64,000 nucleotides of DNA from Candidatus Bathyarchaeota archaeon (GTDB lineage Archaea > Thermoproteota > Bathyarchaeia > TCS64), in assembly GCA_016783455.1 (NCBI GenBank), contig JADHWN010000001.1, forward strand, positions 41,930 through 105,929. Reading direction: 5' to 3'. Positions 35,177 through 44,180 of this stretch are shown one piece after another. The notes under the pieces were generated by a model, which saw only the letters and a program-made list of their open reading frames with translations, was not told the DNA's origin and ran no database searches. Positions within the stretch are counted from its first letter, which is position 1; every line of letters begins with the position of its first letter. The position numbers and the translations under genes were made by a program.

Positions 35177-36385
35177 CTACTCGAGGTCCTTGAAGACCCT
35201 CACCCTGAGGCCCCTGGGGACCCGGACGCCCTCGGCGAGGCGCTCCCCTATGAGGGTCGCGATCCCCCGCTCCATGGCGACGTCCACGAGGCGCCCGGTG
35301 ACGATGCCGTCGAAGACGACCGTCTCCACATCCGCCTCGTTTCTTAACCGCTCCACGAGCTCCATGACGGGCACCTCACCGATCTTGCCACCGTCCTTCT
35401 TCACCAAGACGCCCTCGAGGGTCCCCTTCAGCCCCTTGGCGACCTCGGCCAGCTCCTTGAGCATCTCGGCATCCTTAGGGTCGACCTCGGCCGCACGGGC
35501 GGGCTTCGCCACTCGAGCAGGCCTAGCTGCACGGGCAGGCTTGGCCTCCGCCGGCTTTGCGCTCTCGGCCTCCGCGAAGGGCACCCTGGCCGCCAAGGCG
35601 GCCCGTATCTCGGCTGGGGTGAGGTCCTCGACCTCCTTGCCCCTGGGGGCCCTGGCGACGTACTTGGGCTGGGCTACTTGGGTCAGCTCCTTGAGGATGA
35701 GATCTCCGCCCCTGTCCCCGTCGAGGAAAGCGGTTATCTCCTTCTTCCTCTTCACGAGGTTTATGATGGTGCGGGGGACCTTCACGCCCTCCAGGGCGAT
35801 GATGTCCGTGTAGCCGCTCTTAAGGAGGTTGTTCACGTCCGCCCTGCCCTCGACGATAAGTATCTCATTCGCCTTGCTGAGGTCGGGGGTAGCGGTTAGC
35901 TTCTCACGTCCGTAGGTCACTGCCTTGACCGTCTTGTCCTCCCTGGAGACCTCGGTGAGGAGCTTCTCGATGTCCTGGGTCTCGGTTACCACCCAGTCCC
36001 TCATGAGCTCCTTAGCCCGCTTCATTATCTGCTCCCGCTTGTCAAAGCGGACGTCAGAAATCTGTTCCACGGAGACCTTCGCCTCGCATGGCCCTACCCG
36101 GTCAACCGTCTCCATCGCCGCTGCGATGATGGCGGTCTCCGCCCTGTCCAGGCTGGAGGGGGCGACGATCCTCCCCTCGGTCCGATCCTTCGCGGACTTC
36201 AGGTCGATGTCTATCCTTCCGATCTTGCCGGACCTCTGGAGCTCCCTGAGCTCAAAGTTCTTAGGGAAGAGCCCCTCGGTCTGGCCGAAGATGGCCCCGA
36301 TGACGTCGTGCTTCTCGACGACGCCGTCGACGACGAATTTCGCCTCAATTATGTACTTTGCGCTATGCTTCTCTTTTGAACCCAT
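35177..36385 (-). CDS. dnaG: Archaeal DnaG-type primase (Toprim domain).
   Basis: Start at MGSKEKHSAKYIIEAKFVVDG. The Toprim block is EILIVEGRADVNNL...ITAFLDGDRGGDL. The Ala/Lys/Pro-rich low-complexity linker KPAEAKPARAARPARVAKPARAAE is typical of archaeal DnaG C-termini. Confidence 0.8.
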   Translation of the reverse strand: MGSKEKHSAKYIIEAKFVVDGVVEKHDVIGAIFGQTEGLFPKNFELRELQRSGKIGRIDIDLKSAKDRTEGRIVAPSSLDRAETAIIAAAMETVDRVGPCEAKVSVEQISDVRFDKREQIMKRAKELMRDWVVTETQDIEKLLTEVSREDKTVKAVTYGREKLTATPDLSKANEILIVEGRADVNNLLKSGYTDIIALEGVKVPRTIINLVKRKKEITAFLDGDRGGDLILKELTQVAQPKYVARAPRGKEVEDLTPAEIRAALAARVPFAEAESAKPAEAKPARAARPARVAKPARAAEVDPKDAEMLKELAEVAKGLKGTLEGVLVKKDGGKIGEVPVMELVERLRNEADVETVVFDGIVTGRLVDVAMERGIATLIGERLAEGVRVPRGLRVRVFKDLE

Positions 36386-36577
36386 TATGTTCACGTCTAT
36401 ATCATCTACCACTCTTGCCGCAGGTGAACGCTTCTCCCAGTGTCCACCTGGGGTTGACAGAATCAAACCCGGTCGTGAATGCAAGGAGAACGACGCCCCG
36501 TTTAGGAGGCTCGTTCGTTCGCCCCGCGGTGAGAGTGATGCGGTGTTTTCTACACCGCGCATCTAAACATCAGGCCT

Positions 36578-36588
36578 GTTTAAAAATG
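36578..36588 (+). promoter_or_regulatory. TATA-box candidate upstream of gap.
   Basis: gtttaaaaatg lies about 40 nt upstream of the GTG start at 36626. Confidence 0.3.
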
Positions 36589-36625
36589 TTCCCGATTTGA
36601 ACATCGTGTTTTAATAATCAGCGCA

Positions 36626-37657
36626 GTGACTTTAGCTGAGGGACGGTTTTTGGGAGTTAAGGTCGGTATAAACGGCTTCGGCAGGACCGGCAGGCTCGCC
36701 TACAGGGCTGCATTGGAGTTGGGGCTGGACCTGGACTTCGTCGCCATCAACAGGGGCGACGCGAAGACCCTGGCCCACCTGCTCAAGTATGACAGCGTAC
36801 ACGGGAAGCTTCCCTTCAACGTCGAGGTGGAGGGTGACACCATCGTGGTCGACGGGAAGGCGCTGGAAGTCCTGTACGAGTCGGATCCCGAGAAGCTCCC
36901 CTGGAAGGCTATGGATGTGTACCTGGCCATCGAGTCCTCGGGTAAGTTCAGGGACAGGGAGGGCGCCTCGAAGCACATCAAGGCGGGTGCCCGGAAGGTC
37001 CTCATCTCGGCGCCGGCTAAGGGTCCGGACATCATGGTCGTGAGGGGAGTCAACGACCACCTCTATGACCACGGGAAGCACTACATCGTCTCCAACGCCT
37101 CATGCACCACCAACTGCGTCGCCCCCGTCATGAAGGTCCTCAACGACGAGTTCGGAGTGGAGTCCGGGTTCATGACGACGGTCCACGCCTACACTAACGA
37201 CCAGCAGATCCTCGACAAGGCCCACAAGGACCTGAGGCGGGCCAGAGCGGCTGCCATGAGCATCATCCCGACGACGTCAGGGGCCACGACCGCTACCGGG
37301 GAGGTGATCCCAGAGCTGAAGGGGAGGCTCAACGGCATGGCGATGAGGGTGCCCGTGCCGACGGCGTCGGTTGTGGACTTTGTGGGGGTCCTGGGGGAGA
37401 AGACGACGGCCGAGGCCGTAAACGGAGCCTTCAGGGAGGCCTCGGTGAAGGGGTTGAAGGGGATCCTCGACTACTCGGAGGAGCCCTTGGTCTCATGCGA
37501 CTACATCCATAACCCCTACTCGGCGGTGGTGGATGGCCTGTCGACCATGGCCTCGGGCAAACTTGTGAAGGTTCTAGCCTGGTACGATAACGAGTGGGGC
37601 TACTCCTGCAGGCTCGCCGAGATGGCGGAGAAGATGGGCCGGATGGCCGGCTTCTAG
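36626..37657 (+). CDS. gap: Glyceraldehyde-3-phosphate dehydrogenase, class I (bacterial/eukaryotic type).
   Basis: 343 aa. GINGFGRTGR (NAD-binding). ASCTTNC (catalytic Cys). WYDNEWGYS is the class-I C-terminal signature. Confidence 0.9.
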   Translation: MTLAEGRFLGVKVGINGFGRTGRLAYRAALELGLDLDFVAINRGDAKTLAHLLKYDSVHGKLPFNVEVEGDTIVVDGKALEVLYESDPEKLPWKAMDVYLAIESSGKFRDREGASKHIKAGARKVLISAPAKGPDIMVVRGVNDHLYDHGKHYIVSNASCTTNCVAPVMKVLNDEFGVESGFMTTVHAYTNDQQILDKAHKDLRRARAAAMSIIPTTSGATTATGEVIPELKGRLNGMAMRVPVPTASVVDFVGVLGEKTTAEAVNGAFREASVKGLKGILDYSEEPLVSCDYIHNPYSAVVDGLSTMASGKLVKVLAWYDNEWGYSCRLAEMAEKMGRMAGF

Positions 37658-37659
37658 GT

Positions 37660-38742
37660 CTACCTTGTGACCGTCAGCTTCCTCATCTTCTCGAGGTTCT
37701 CCGGCTTCTTCTCGAAGTATTTCGCCACGGGCTCCAGGAGCTTGATGACTGCTGTTGAAACCCCGTTCTTCAGGTCCAGGGGGTGGAGTTCCCCCTTCTC
37801 GTACGTCTCCGCCAGCTCCTCGAAGCTGTAGAACGTTATGTCACCACCGTACTTGCTGGGTCGTTCGATGTCCAGCTGCCCCAGATGGGGGAAGACCAGC
37901 ATCCTGGCGTGAGCGAGGACGGGGTTGTCCATGACCACCTTCTCAGGGCAGTATGCTTCGCGATACTTTTCTTTGATCTCGTCGGGAGAATCGTTGATCC
38001 AGACGGCCCCCTTCCCGACGCTCTTGCTCATCTTGTGCTTGATGCTCTTATCGATATCTGCGTCTTCGTCGAAGCTTCCCTCTACTTTTGTCATCTGCAG
38101 CCCTGGCAGGAGGGCGTTGTGTAGGCAGACCGGAGGTTTGAACCCTAGCTTCGGGGCTGCCTCCCTGGCGAGCATGTGGACCTTCCTCTGATCCATGCCT
38201 GCGCAGGCGACGTCTAGTTTCATCTCGAAGATGTCGCTGGTCTGCATGGCGGGGTAGAGGGCGAATGCGGTCTCGACGTCGACGGAGTCGGCGCTCCTCC
38301 CCATGATGGGCATCGCCCTGAGGGTCCTCCTGAGGCTCGTGGACTTCATGACCCGGACGACCTTCTCCCAGTAGTCCTTGGTGTCGACGATGTCAGATGC
38401 CCAGAGGTACTCCACCTTGCCTTCAGGTAGCCCAACCGCAGTGAAGCAGTCCTTGAAGTACTCGGCCGCGATGGCGAGGTTCTCCAGGACGCCCCCCATC
38501 TTGTTGTTAATCCAGCCGTGCCACTCGGCAAGGTAGATTATGAAGTGAAAGCCAGCTTCAACGTAGTCGCTAATCTTCTTTCCCACGATGAGGCCATGGG
38601 CTGTGTGCATCAGGCCGCTGGGCTCGAAGCCGACGTAGCCCCGTGGGTGGTCCTTGGTCTCTAGAAGCTCACGGAGCTCGTCGACAACGATGATCTCCTG
38701 GAGGTTTCTCGTGACAAGATTCAGACGGGTCTCTGTGTCCAT
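37660..38742 (-). CDS. tyrS: Tyrosyl-tRNA synthetase, archaeal type.
   Basis: 360 aa. It aligns throughout with M. jannaschii TyrRS as I recall it: YVGFEPSGLMHTAHG (HIGH-like), YPAMQTSD...GMDQRKVHMLARE, KMSKS, and the C-terminal ELHPLDLKNGVSTAVIKLLEPV. Confidence 0.85.
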   Translation of the reverse strand: MDTETRLNLVTRNLQEIIVVDELRELLETKDHPRGYVGFEPSGLMHTAHGLIVGKKISDYVEAGFHFIIYLAEWHGWINNKMGGVLENLAIAAEYFKDCFTAVGLPEGKVEYLWASDIVDTKDYWEKVVRVMKSTSLRRTLRAMPIMGRSADSVDVETAFALYPAMQTSDIFEMKLDVACAGMDQRKVHMLAREAAPKLGFKPPVCLHNALLPGLQMTKVEGSFDEDADIDKSIKHKMSKSVGKGAVWINDSPDEIKEKYREAYCPEKVVMDNPVLAHARMLVFPHLGQLDIERPSKYGGDITFYSFEELAETYEKGELHPLDLKNGVSTAVIKLLEPVAKYFEKKPENLEKMRKLTVTR

Positions 38743-38813
38743 AGATATCCCCTGGGAACGGATATTGGAGGGGAGAGCGTCGATTTAAGGTTTGAGGGCA
38801 GGTGCAGCTACCC

Positions 38814-39620
38814 TCATGCAGGCTTCACGGCCTTCACAGAGAACATCAGGGGCAGCTGGTAATTCTTTCTCTTGAACCTCCGGTAGCCGTCATCGTCCGT
38901 CTCCATGTTTGAGTAGATCTCGTCGACGCTGTACGGGTACTCCCTGAACTCCTTCAATGTCAGGCCAGCCCCGATGAGGGAGTTGATGATGCGGCTTATG
39001 GGGTGGGCCCATTCGTAGGTTCCCTTGTTCTCGATGAACGCGTCCCTGTCTGCGTAGCTTCCCTGGACCTCGTAGTAGGATGGCTCACGGTTGTGCCAGT
39101 AGCTATACCTCACTACCAGATCCTCGCCCTCCTGCTCGAAGACCCACATGAAGGGGTGGAACTCCGCCATGTAGAAAGTGCCTCCTGGCTTCAGGTAATG
39201 GGAGACGATCTCAGCCCAACCCTCGATGTCGTGGAGCCAGTTGATGACGCCGTAGCTGGTGTAGACGACGTCGAACTCTCCGTCGACGTGCTCGGGTAGG
39301 TCGTATATATTGGCGTGGATGAACTGGGCGGGGATCCTTAACTGCTCCGAGAGGTGCCTAGCCAGCTGTATGGCGTTCTCGGAGAAGTCGACGCCAGTGG
39401 CTTCGGCTCCCAGCCTCGCCCATGAGAGGGTGTCGAGGCCGAAGTGGCACTGGAGGTGGAGGAGGCTCTTCCCGGAGACATCGCCGAGGGCTTCCAGCTC
39501 TATATCGTGGAGGGAGCTCTCTCCGTCAAGGAATCCCTCCAGGTTGTAATGCCTAGACTTGGAGTGGATGTCCACGAGCTCGTTCCAGTACTTGAGGTTA
39601 GTCTTGTAGAACTTCTCCAT
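38814..39620 (-). CDS. Class I SAM-dependent methyltransferase, paralog 2.
   Basis: Start at MEKFYKTNLKYW. It parallels the 21247-22059 product, with an identical 27-aa block GDVSGKSLLHLQCHFGLDTLSWARLGA. Confidence 0.7.
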   Translation of the reverse strand: MEKFYKTNLKYWNELVDIHSKSRHYNLEGFLDGESSLHDIELEALGDVSGKSLLHLQCHFGLDTLSWARLGAEATGVDFSENAIQLARHLSEQLRIPAQFIHANIYDLPEHVDGEFDVVYTSYGVINWLHDIEGWAEIVSHYLKPGGTFYMAEFHPFMWVFEQEGEDLVVRYSYWHNREPSYYEVQGSYADRDAFIENKGTYEWAHPISRIINSLIGAGLTLKEFREYPYSVDEIYSNMETDDDGYRRFKRKNYQLPLMFSVKAVKPA

Positions 39621-39685
39621 GGGAATTGAGATGAGGGAGATGATACTAAAGGAATTTCCTGTAAAAAGGGGAAAAAGGGATGCGG

Positions 39686-40777
39686 TCACCAGAGACGGGG
39701 GCTCTTGAAGAGGGACTCACATCCGTCATCGGTGACGTAGACGTTCTCCTCGAAGCGGACACCGCCCAGGCCGGGGATATAGATGCCGGGCTCCACCGTG
39801 TGGACGTAGCCGACCCTCTCGACGTCGTTTGACCTCTTGGAGAGGCCGGGCTTCACGAAGCCGCTGACGGGGTGACCGAGGCTGTGGGGATAGTCCTCAT
39901 AGCCATGGTCGATGAGCACTCGCCTGCTCAGGGCGTCGAGCTCCTTGCAGCTCACGCCGGGCTTGATGGCGTCGAGCACGGCCTGCACCGACTTGTCCAT
40001 GGCCTCCAGCATGTGCTGCTTCTTGGGGTCGCTTCCGACTAGGAAGGTCCTGGAGATATCTGCCATATATCCATGCTTCACGGGACCCAGGTCTATTAGG
40101 ACCAGATCCCCATCCTCCACTACCCTGTCGCTGGGGGCGCCGTGGACGTGGGCTGAATCCGGCCCGCTGTTGACGATGCAGAAGCTCATGCCTTCGGCTC
40201 CAGCCTTCCTCATGGCGTAGACCGCCTCGGCAGCTAGCTCGCACTCGTTTATCCCGGGTTTCAGGTTGTCGTGGACGGCTTGAGTGCCTATGTCAGCCAG
40301 CGCCGAGGCCTTCCTCTGGTACTTGAGCTCCTCGGGATAGGGGCCGAAGAGGACCTCGGGGAGGATGGTGGGCTGGATGTCGACCACCTCGGCCTTGAAG
40401 CCCTCGTTGTAGAGCTGATACCTGCTGTGGGTGAGGCCGGAGGGGTTGCATCCTATCTTCTTGCCCGTCCCCAGGCAGTTGTTGACGAAGTCGATCACGG
40501 CCTGGTCGGGGGACGCTGTGCCTCTGTCATAGACAGCGACTGTGGAGTCGTCGGCGTCCCTGGCGTCCATGGATGAGCAGATGAGCGTGGGCTCAGCCCC
40601 CATGGGGACGACGAGGGCGCTGCCGACGGAGGTGTTCACGAGGCGTTTGAACATGTTTCCACCGGTCCTACCCGCCTTCAGGAGGCAGACGACGTCGATA
40701 CCGTGGGTGCCCATGTGCTCCCTCAACTGGGCGACCCTCCGGTTACAGAAATCCTCTAGAGTTGACATTTCAGACAC
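39686..40777 (-). CDS. M24-family metallopeptidase (Xaa-Pro aminopeptidase / prolidase-like).
   Basis: 363 aa. The pita-bread fold metal ligands appear in LVLIDLGPVKHGYMADISRTF, HSLGHPVSG and YVHTVEPGIY. Confidence 0.8.
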   Translation of the reverse strand: MSEMSTLEDFCNRRVAQLREHMGTHGIDVVCLLKAGRTGGNMFKRLVNTSVGSALVVPMGAEPTLICSSMDARDADDSTVAVYDRGTASPDQAVIDFVNNCLGTGKKIGCNPSGLTHSRYQLYNEGFKAEVVDIQPTILPEVLFGPYPEELKYQRKASALADIGTQAVHDNLKPGINECELAAEAVYAMRKAGAEGMSFCIVNSGPDSAHVHGAPSDRVVEDGDLVLIDLGPVKHGYMADISRTFLVGSDPKKQHMLEAMDKSVQAVLDAIKPGVSCKELDALSRRVLIDHGYEDYPHSLGHPVSGFVKPGLSKRSNDVERVGYVHTVEPGIYIPGLGGVRFEENVYVTDDGCESLFKSPRLW

Positions 40778-40835
40778 CTATTGACCTGAAAATATATTAT
40801 GCCTTACGATGGGACCCGATCTCTCCATCATCGCC

Positions 40836-40858
40836 TTTGACAAGAGGATTTGTCAAAA
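40836..40858. promoter_or_regulatory. Perfect inverted repeat TTTGACAA-n6-TTGTCAAA, an operator candidate.
   Basis: tttgacaagaggatttgtcaaaa lies about 55 nt upstream of the HTH-membrane regulator gene at 40912. It is a likely autoregulatory site. Confidence 0.4.
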
Positions 40859-40911
40859 CTGATGGTTCAAAAACGGTTATTTAGCTCGCGGAGAGTTGGA
40901 AACCGGGTGAA

Positions 40912-41619
40912 ATGAGCGAGAACAGTGGTCTCGGTGATGAGATCGAGGACGTAATCATGCAGGCCTTGACCCATCGCGAGAGGCGTAACATACTGAAGAT
41001 CATCGACCATTCCAATGGTGGTGTGATCTACAGTGGGATCCTGGGAGAGACGGGGCTCTCCACGGGGAGGCTCAACTACCACCTTAAGGAGCTTGAGGGC
41101 TTCATCGAGAAGGATGAGGAGAGGAGGTATCAGCTCACCTCCCTGGGGAAGAAGGCCGTCAGGCTCATGCGGGGCATCCGGGACGACCTGGATGATAGCT
41201 ACGAGGGCTACGTCTCGGTAGCAAAGGCCAGTAGAAGGACGTTCATCAATCGAAATCTGGACCGAGCGTTCTACGTGATAGCCGTCCTCCTGCTGATCGG
41301 TCCCCTCATCACAGTCTGGCTCTACACGGTGAACCCTCAAACTTGGTGGATTGGAGGGCTCACGTGGACGTTCTACCTCATCCTTGTCTACCTCATGGAC
41401 CGGGTACGTAAAGGGTCCCCAAAGTATCTCCTTGGGTTCATAAACTGGCTGGAGTGGAGGCTCTACGGAGATGGTAAAAAGGGGGAACGTAAAGTCAGCT
41501 TCCCAGGGTCCAGGCTCGTTATCGGATTACTCGTTGGATTAGCCATCGGGGCTATTTTCGACAAGACTGGAGCTGGTCTGCTCCTCGGCCTTTTCATCGG
41601 GGCTGCTTTGGAGATCTGA
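40912..41619 (+). CDS. ArsR-like winged-HTH domain fused to a C-terminal multi-pass membrane domain.
   Basis: N-terminal ALTHRERRNILKIIDHSNGGVIYSGILGETGLSTGRLNYHLKELEG is an HTH. Four predicted TM helices follow. Confidence 0.55.
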   Translation: MSENSGLGDEIEDVIMQALTHRERRNILKIIDHSNGGVIYSGILGETGLSTGRLNYHLKELEGFIEKDEERRYQLTSLGKKAVRLMRGIRDDLDDSYEGYVSVAKASRRTFINRNLDRAFYVIAVLLLIGPLITVWLYTVNPQTWWIGGLTWTFYLILVYLMDRVRKGSPKYLLGFINWLEWRLYGDGKKGERKVSFPGSRLVIGLLVGLAIGAIFDKTGAGLLLGLFIGAALEI

Positions 41620-41685
41620 GTCGAAAGATGAGAATTAAAAAATCCCCACAGGACATTATGATTATACAGTGTTGGAGGGAGTACA

Positions 41686-43263
41686 TTGGCTGAGACGGGG
41701 GGAGTAAAGTCCAATAGAAAGATAATCATCGTCGCAGTCGTAATCATCGTTTCCTCAATTGGGCTGTACCTATGGTACAACTGGGGTAGTGCAGTCAAGT
41801 ATGAGGTGTACGACAGGTTTGGGTTCTCCTTTGACTACCCCAAGGGGATGGAGTTTTCAGAGACTGGTTTTGGTGACTGGAGCCTCGCTTCAGTGAATTC
41901 GGGCGTTGTTCAAGGGATGTTAATGGGGGAAAGCCCAGAGTTGATTGGCGTCATCTGGTTCCACAATGAGTCTGCGCCGGTTTTTGAAGATTTTCTCGAT
42001 AGGGCCTTCACGGAGCTGGGTGAGGGGACCGAGGTCGATGAGAGGAATGAGTTGGTAACTTCAACTAAGGATGGCTACGATATGCTGACGCAGACGTTCA
42101 CACTATACATCGGAGACGACAAGACGATCGGCAAGGTGGGGACCTGGTACGACTCCGGGGCTCAAAGGTCCTACATGGTTTTCCACATCAGGGCCTCGAC
42201 GTTACCAGAGAAGAGGATGGAGACGGAATTCAACAAGCTTCTGGGATCTTTCGAAAGCTCCTACGAGGCTCTGTTGAAGATAACTCTGGAATCCTACTGG
42301 CCGACAGATGAATGGCGGACAGCGGTTCCAGAGGATGTAGGTATCTACTCAGGGCCTCTAGACGACATGCTTGAGGAGATCAGTAGAAGAGGCATCGGCG
42401 TAGATAGCGTCACCGTGGTAAGGGACGGATACGTCGTTCTCGACGAGTACTTCTCACCCTACGAAGGAGAGCCGCATATAATCTACTCGTGCACTAAGAG
42501 CGTGGTCTCGACCCTCATCGGCATCGCCATCGAGGAGGGGTACATTGAAGACCTCGACGTGAGGATGCTTGACCTCTTCCCGGACAGGACGGCGGGCAGC
42601 ATGAGCGCATGGAAGGAGGAGATGACCCTCAGGGACCTCCTCACCATGACGGCGGGCTTCAATGCCCGTGACTCATACCTCTACGAGTGGGAGGGACTGT
42701 ACACCATGCATGACAGCACGGACGCCCTCCAGTACGTCCTGGACCTCCCTGTTATCGAGGAGCCGGGAACCCGGTTCGAGTACACCAACGGCGTCTCCCA
42801 CCTCCTATCGTGCATCATCACCGAGAAGACAGGTATGAGCGCCCTGGAGTACGGCAGGGAACGCCTGTTCGAGCCCCTGGGCATCCACGATGTGGAATGG
42901 CACAACGACTCCATAGGGAGGAACTGGGGCTACAGCCGGATCTACATCACCCCCCACGACATGGCGAAGCTCGGCTACCTCTTCCTCAACAAGGGTCAAT
43001 GGGATGGAACCCAGATCGTGCCAGGGGAGTGGGTTGAGGAGGCCACCACCAAGCACGTGGACGCGACGATCATGGACGGGTACGGCTACCAGTGGTGGGT
43101 CAGCGGAGAGGGATACTACTCAGCGGTGGGCCACAAGGGGCAGTTCATCCACGTCGTCCCAGACCTCGACCTCGTGGCGGTCTTCACCAGCCGAAATGAA
43201 GTGGACTTCGATAGAATACTATCTCTACTGGAGACCTACGTCATACCCGCTGTCGTCCCCTAA
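41686..43263 (+). CDS. Serine-hydrolase beta-lactamase/transpeptidase-like family protein with an N-terminal TM anchor and an extra N-terminal domain.
   Basis: 525 aa. SxxK active site IIYSCTKSVVSTLIG. A Y-x-N-like motif in FEYTNGVSHLL. An HKG/KTG-like motif in AVGHKGQ. Confidence 0.75.
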   Translation: MAETGGVKSNRKIIIVAVVIIVSSIGLYLWYNWGSAVKYEVYDRFGFSFDYPKGMEFSETGFGDWSLASVNSGVVQGMLMGESPELIGVIWFHNESAPVFEDFLDRAFTELGEGTEVDERNELVTSTKDGYDMLTQTFTLYIGDDKTIGKVGTWYDSGAQRSYMVFHIRASTLPEKRMETEFNKLLGSFESSYEALLKITLESYWPTDEWRTAVPEDVGIYSGPLDDMLEEISRRGIGVDSVTVVRDGYVVLDEYFSPYEGEPHIIYSCTKSVVSTLIGIAIEEGYIEDLDVRMLDLFPDRTAGSMSAWKEEMTLRDLLTMTAGFNARDSYLYEWEGLYTMHDSTDALQYVLDLPVIEEPGTRFEYTNGVSHLLSCIITEKTGMSALEYGRERLFEPLGIHDVEWHNDSIGRNWGYSRIYITPHDMAKLGYLFLNKGQWDGTQIVPGEWVEEATTKHVDATIMDGYGYQWWVSGEGYYSAVGHKGQFIHVVPDLDLVAVFTSRNEVDFDRILSLLETYVIPAVVP

Positions 43264-43323
43264 CCGCAGGTCCGAGAATCACAGTGGCATACAGAAACAC
43301 ACGTGTACGTGAAAGGGGGGGAG

Positions 43324-43349
43324 GGGGGGTCATGCATCCAAGCGTGAAT
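43324..43349 (+). repeat. Repeat motif G8-A-G7-TCATGCATCC, copy 2.
   Basis: A direct repeat of the 31209-31233 motif in the same orientation, 12.1 kb away. Confidence 0.7.
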
Positions 43350-43354
43350 AACCA

Positions 43355-43371
43355 CCCAACCGAGAAAAGGA
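43355..43371 (+). repeat. 17-nt exact repeat TGAATAACCACCCAACC, copy 2.
   Basis: Identical to 33107-33123. Confidence 0.6.
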
Positions 43372-43745
43372 CGCTGAAAACGACTCCAGACGAGTCAGAT
43401 TCAGCATAAAAACGTGATGATAAGGCCTGAATACAGGGTAAAACCAGGTGGGCGGACGCCCCTGTCCCTCTGGGCAAACCCACGGCCTCACAGATAGGAC
43501 AACGCCCCCCTCAGCCGAGCTCTCTCATCCCAGAGGATTCCGACGCCCGCCCTGCCCACCTGTGCCATGTCTGGGTAACCCCGAATCACAGGCAGCCCTC
43601 CCCGAGGTCCGTCTGCATGGTGCGTCGCCTGGCGGGCACATAAACAGGAACAGGCAGCCACACTTAACCTTTACAGATGGCGTAGGCAACACAACGGGCG
43701 ACAGACGGGAACCCTCAGGGAGGCAACTACACGGAGATGGAGGCC

Positions 43746-43976
43746 TCACCGCAACCTCAATTCGCCCAGGAGCCCCCGCTTATACAGGATGTAACCCACC
43801 ACAGCGACCACAAGGATCACCATCATCGGCAGGACGACCTCAGAGAACACAGCTGGATCAGCCAGATCCCTCCCGGCAACCGCTGAGATGACGAAGACTA
43901 CTGCGACCGCAACATAGAACAGCTTCTCACGATTCTCCAAGGGCAACACTCGACTACCTAAGGAGCAGAAGCCCAC
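43746..43976 (-). CDS. Possible small two-TM membrane protein; weak call.
   Basis: 76 aa ORF with hydrophobic spans FYVAVAVVFVISAVAG and MMVILVVAVVGYILY. There is no homology signal, and the ORF lies in skewed DNA. Confidence 0.25.
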   Translation of the reverse strand: MGFCSLGSRVLPLENREKLFYVAVAVVFVISAVAGRDLADPAVFSEVVLPMMVILVVAVVGYILYKRGLLGELRLR

Positions 43977-44156
43977 CTAAAACACTTATTTCACTGCCAG
44001 ATGCAGCCTACTACTGATAATAAAATACGTAAATCAGAAGCCCCGGAGACCATTAACTTCGACCTATACCTAAAACCATTCATATAGTGGATTTTCGCGC
44101 AAAGACAGCGCATACCGAGCGTCAAGAAGGGCATTAATCCCCCACATATCAATGAA

Positions 44157-44166
44157 TTTTAAATAT
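44157..44166 (+). promoter_or_regulatory. Archaeal TATA box (TTTTAAATAT) upstream of the M14 peptidase gene.
   Basis: A canonical TTTAAATA core 15-20 nt upstream of the first ATG. Spacing suggests a leaderless transcript, possibly initiating at the second in-frame ATG at 44187. Confidence 0.4.
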
Positions 44167-44180
44167 TTCATCAACAATGT

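Larger units (their letters stand above)
43264..43745. repeat. A/C-rich (+ strand) noncoding tract 3, carrying both shared repeat motifs.
   Basis: Contains G8-A-G7-TCATGCATCC (43324-43349) and TGAATAACCACCCAACC (43355-43371). The 3' half is GC-rich with local dyad symmetry: gcccgccctgccc ... ggcgggc. Confidence 0.55.

Noticed and set aside
36385-36625. Hairpin gatgcggtg-ttttcta-caccgcgcatc and tRNA-like gggg...cccc segments in the dnaG/gap divergent intergenic region.
   Set aside because: There is no cloverleaf and no T-run after the hairpin. It is more likely promoter or leader structure, and confidence is too low to annotate.
31209-43349. The two G-run-TCATGCATCC direct repeats considered as att-like borders of a 12-kb integrated element.
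   Set aside because: The intervening DNA carries essential housekeeping genes (SRP RNA, dnaG, gap, tyrS) and no integrase. I treat the repeats as a dispersed repeat family instead.
43400-43750. GC-rich, dyad-containing noncoding segment considered as RNase P RNA or another structured ncRNA.
   Set aside because: I could not find the universally conserved P4 and CR-I motifs (GGAAAGUCCGGGC, ACAGNRA) on either strand. I leave it as part of the A/C-rich tract finding rather than calling an RNA gene.
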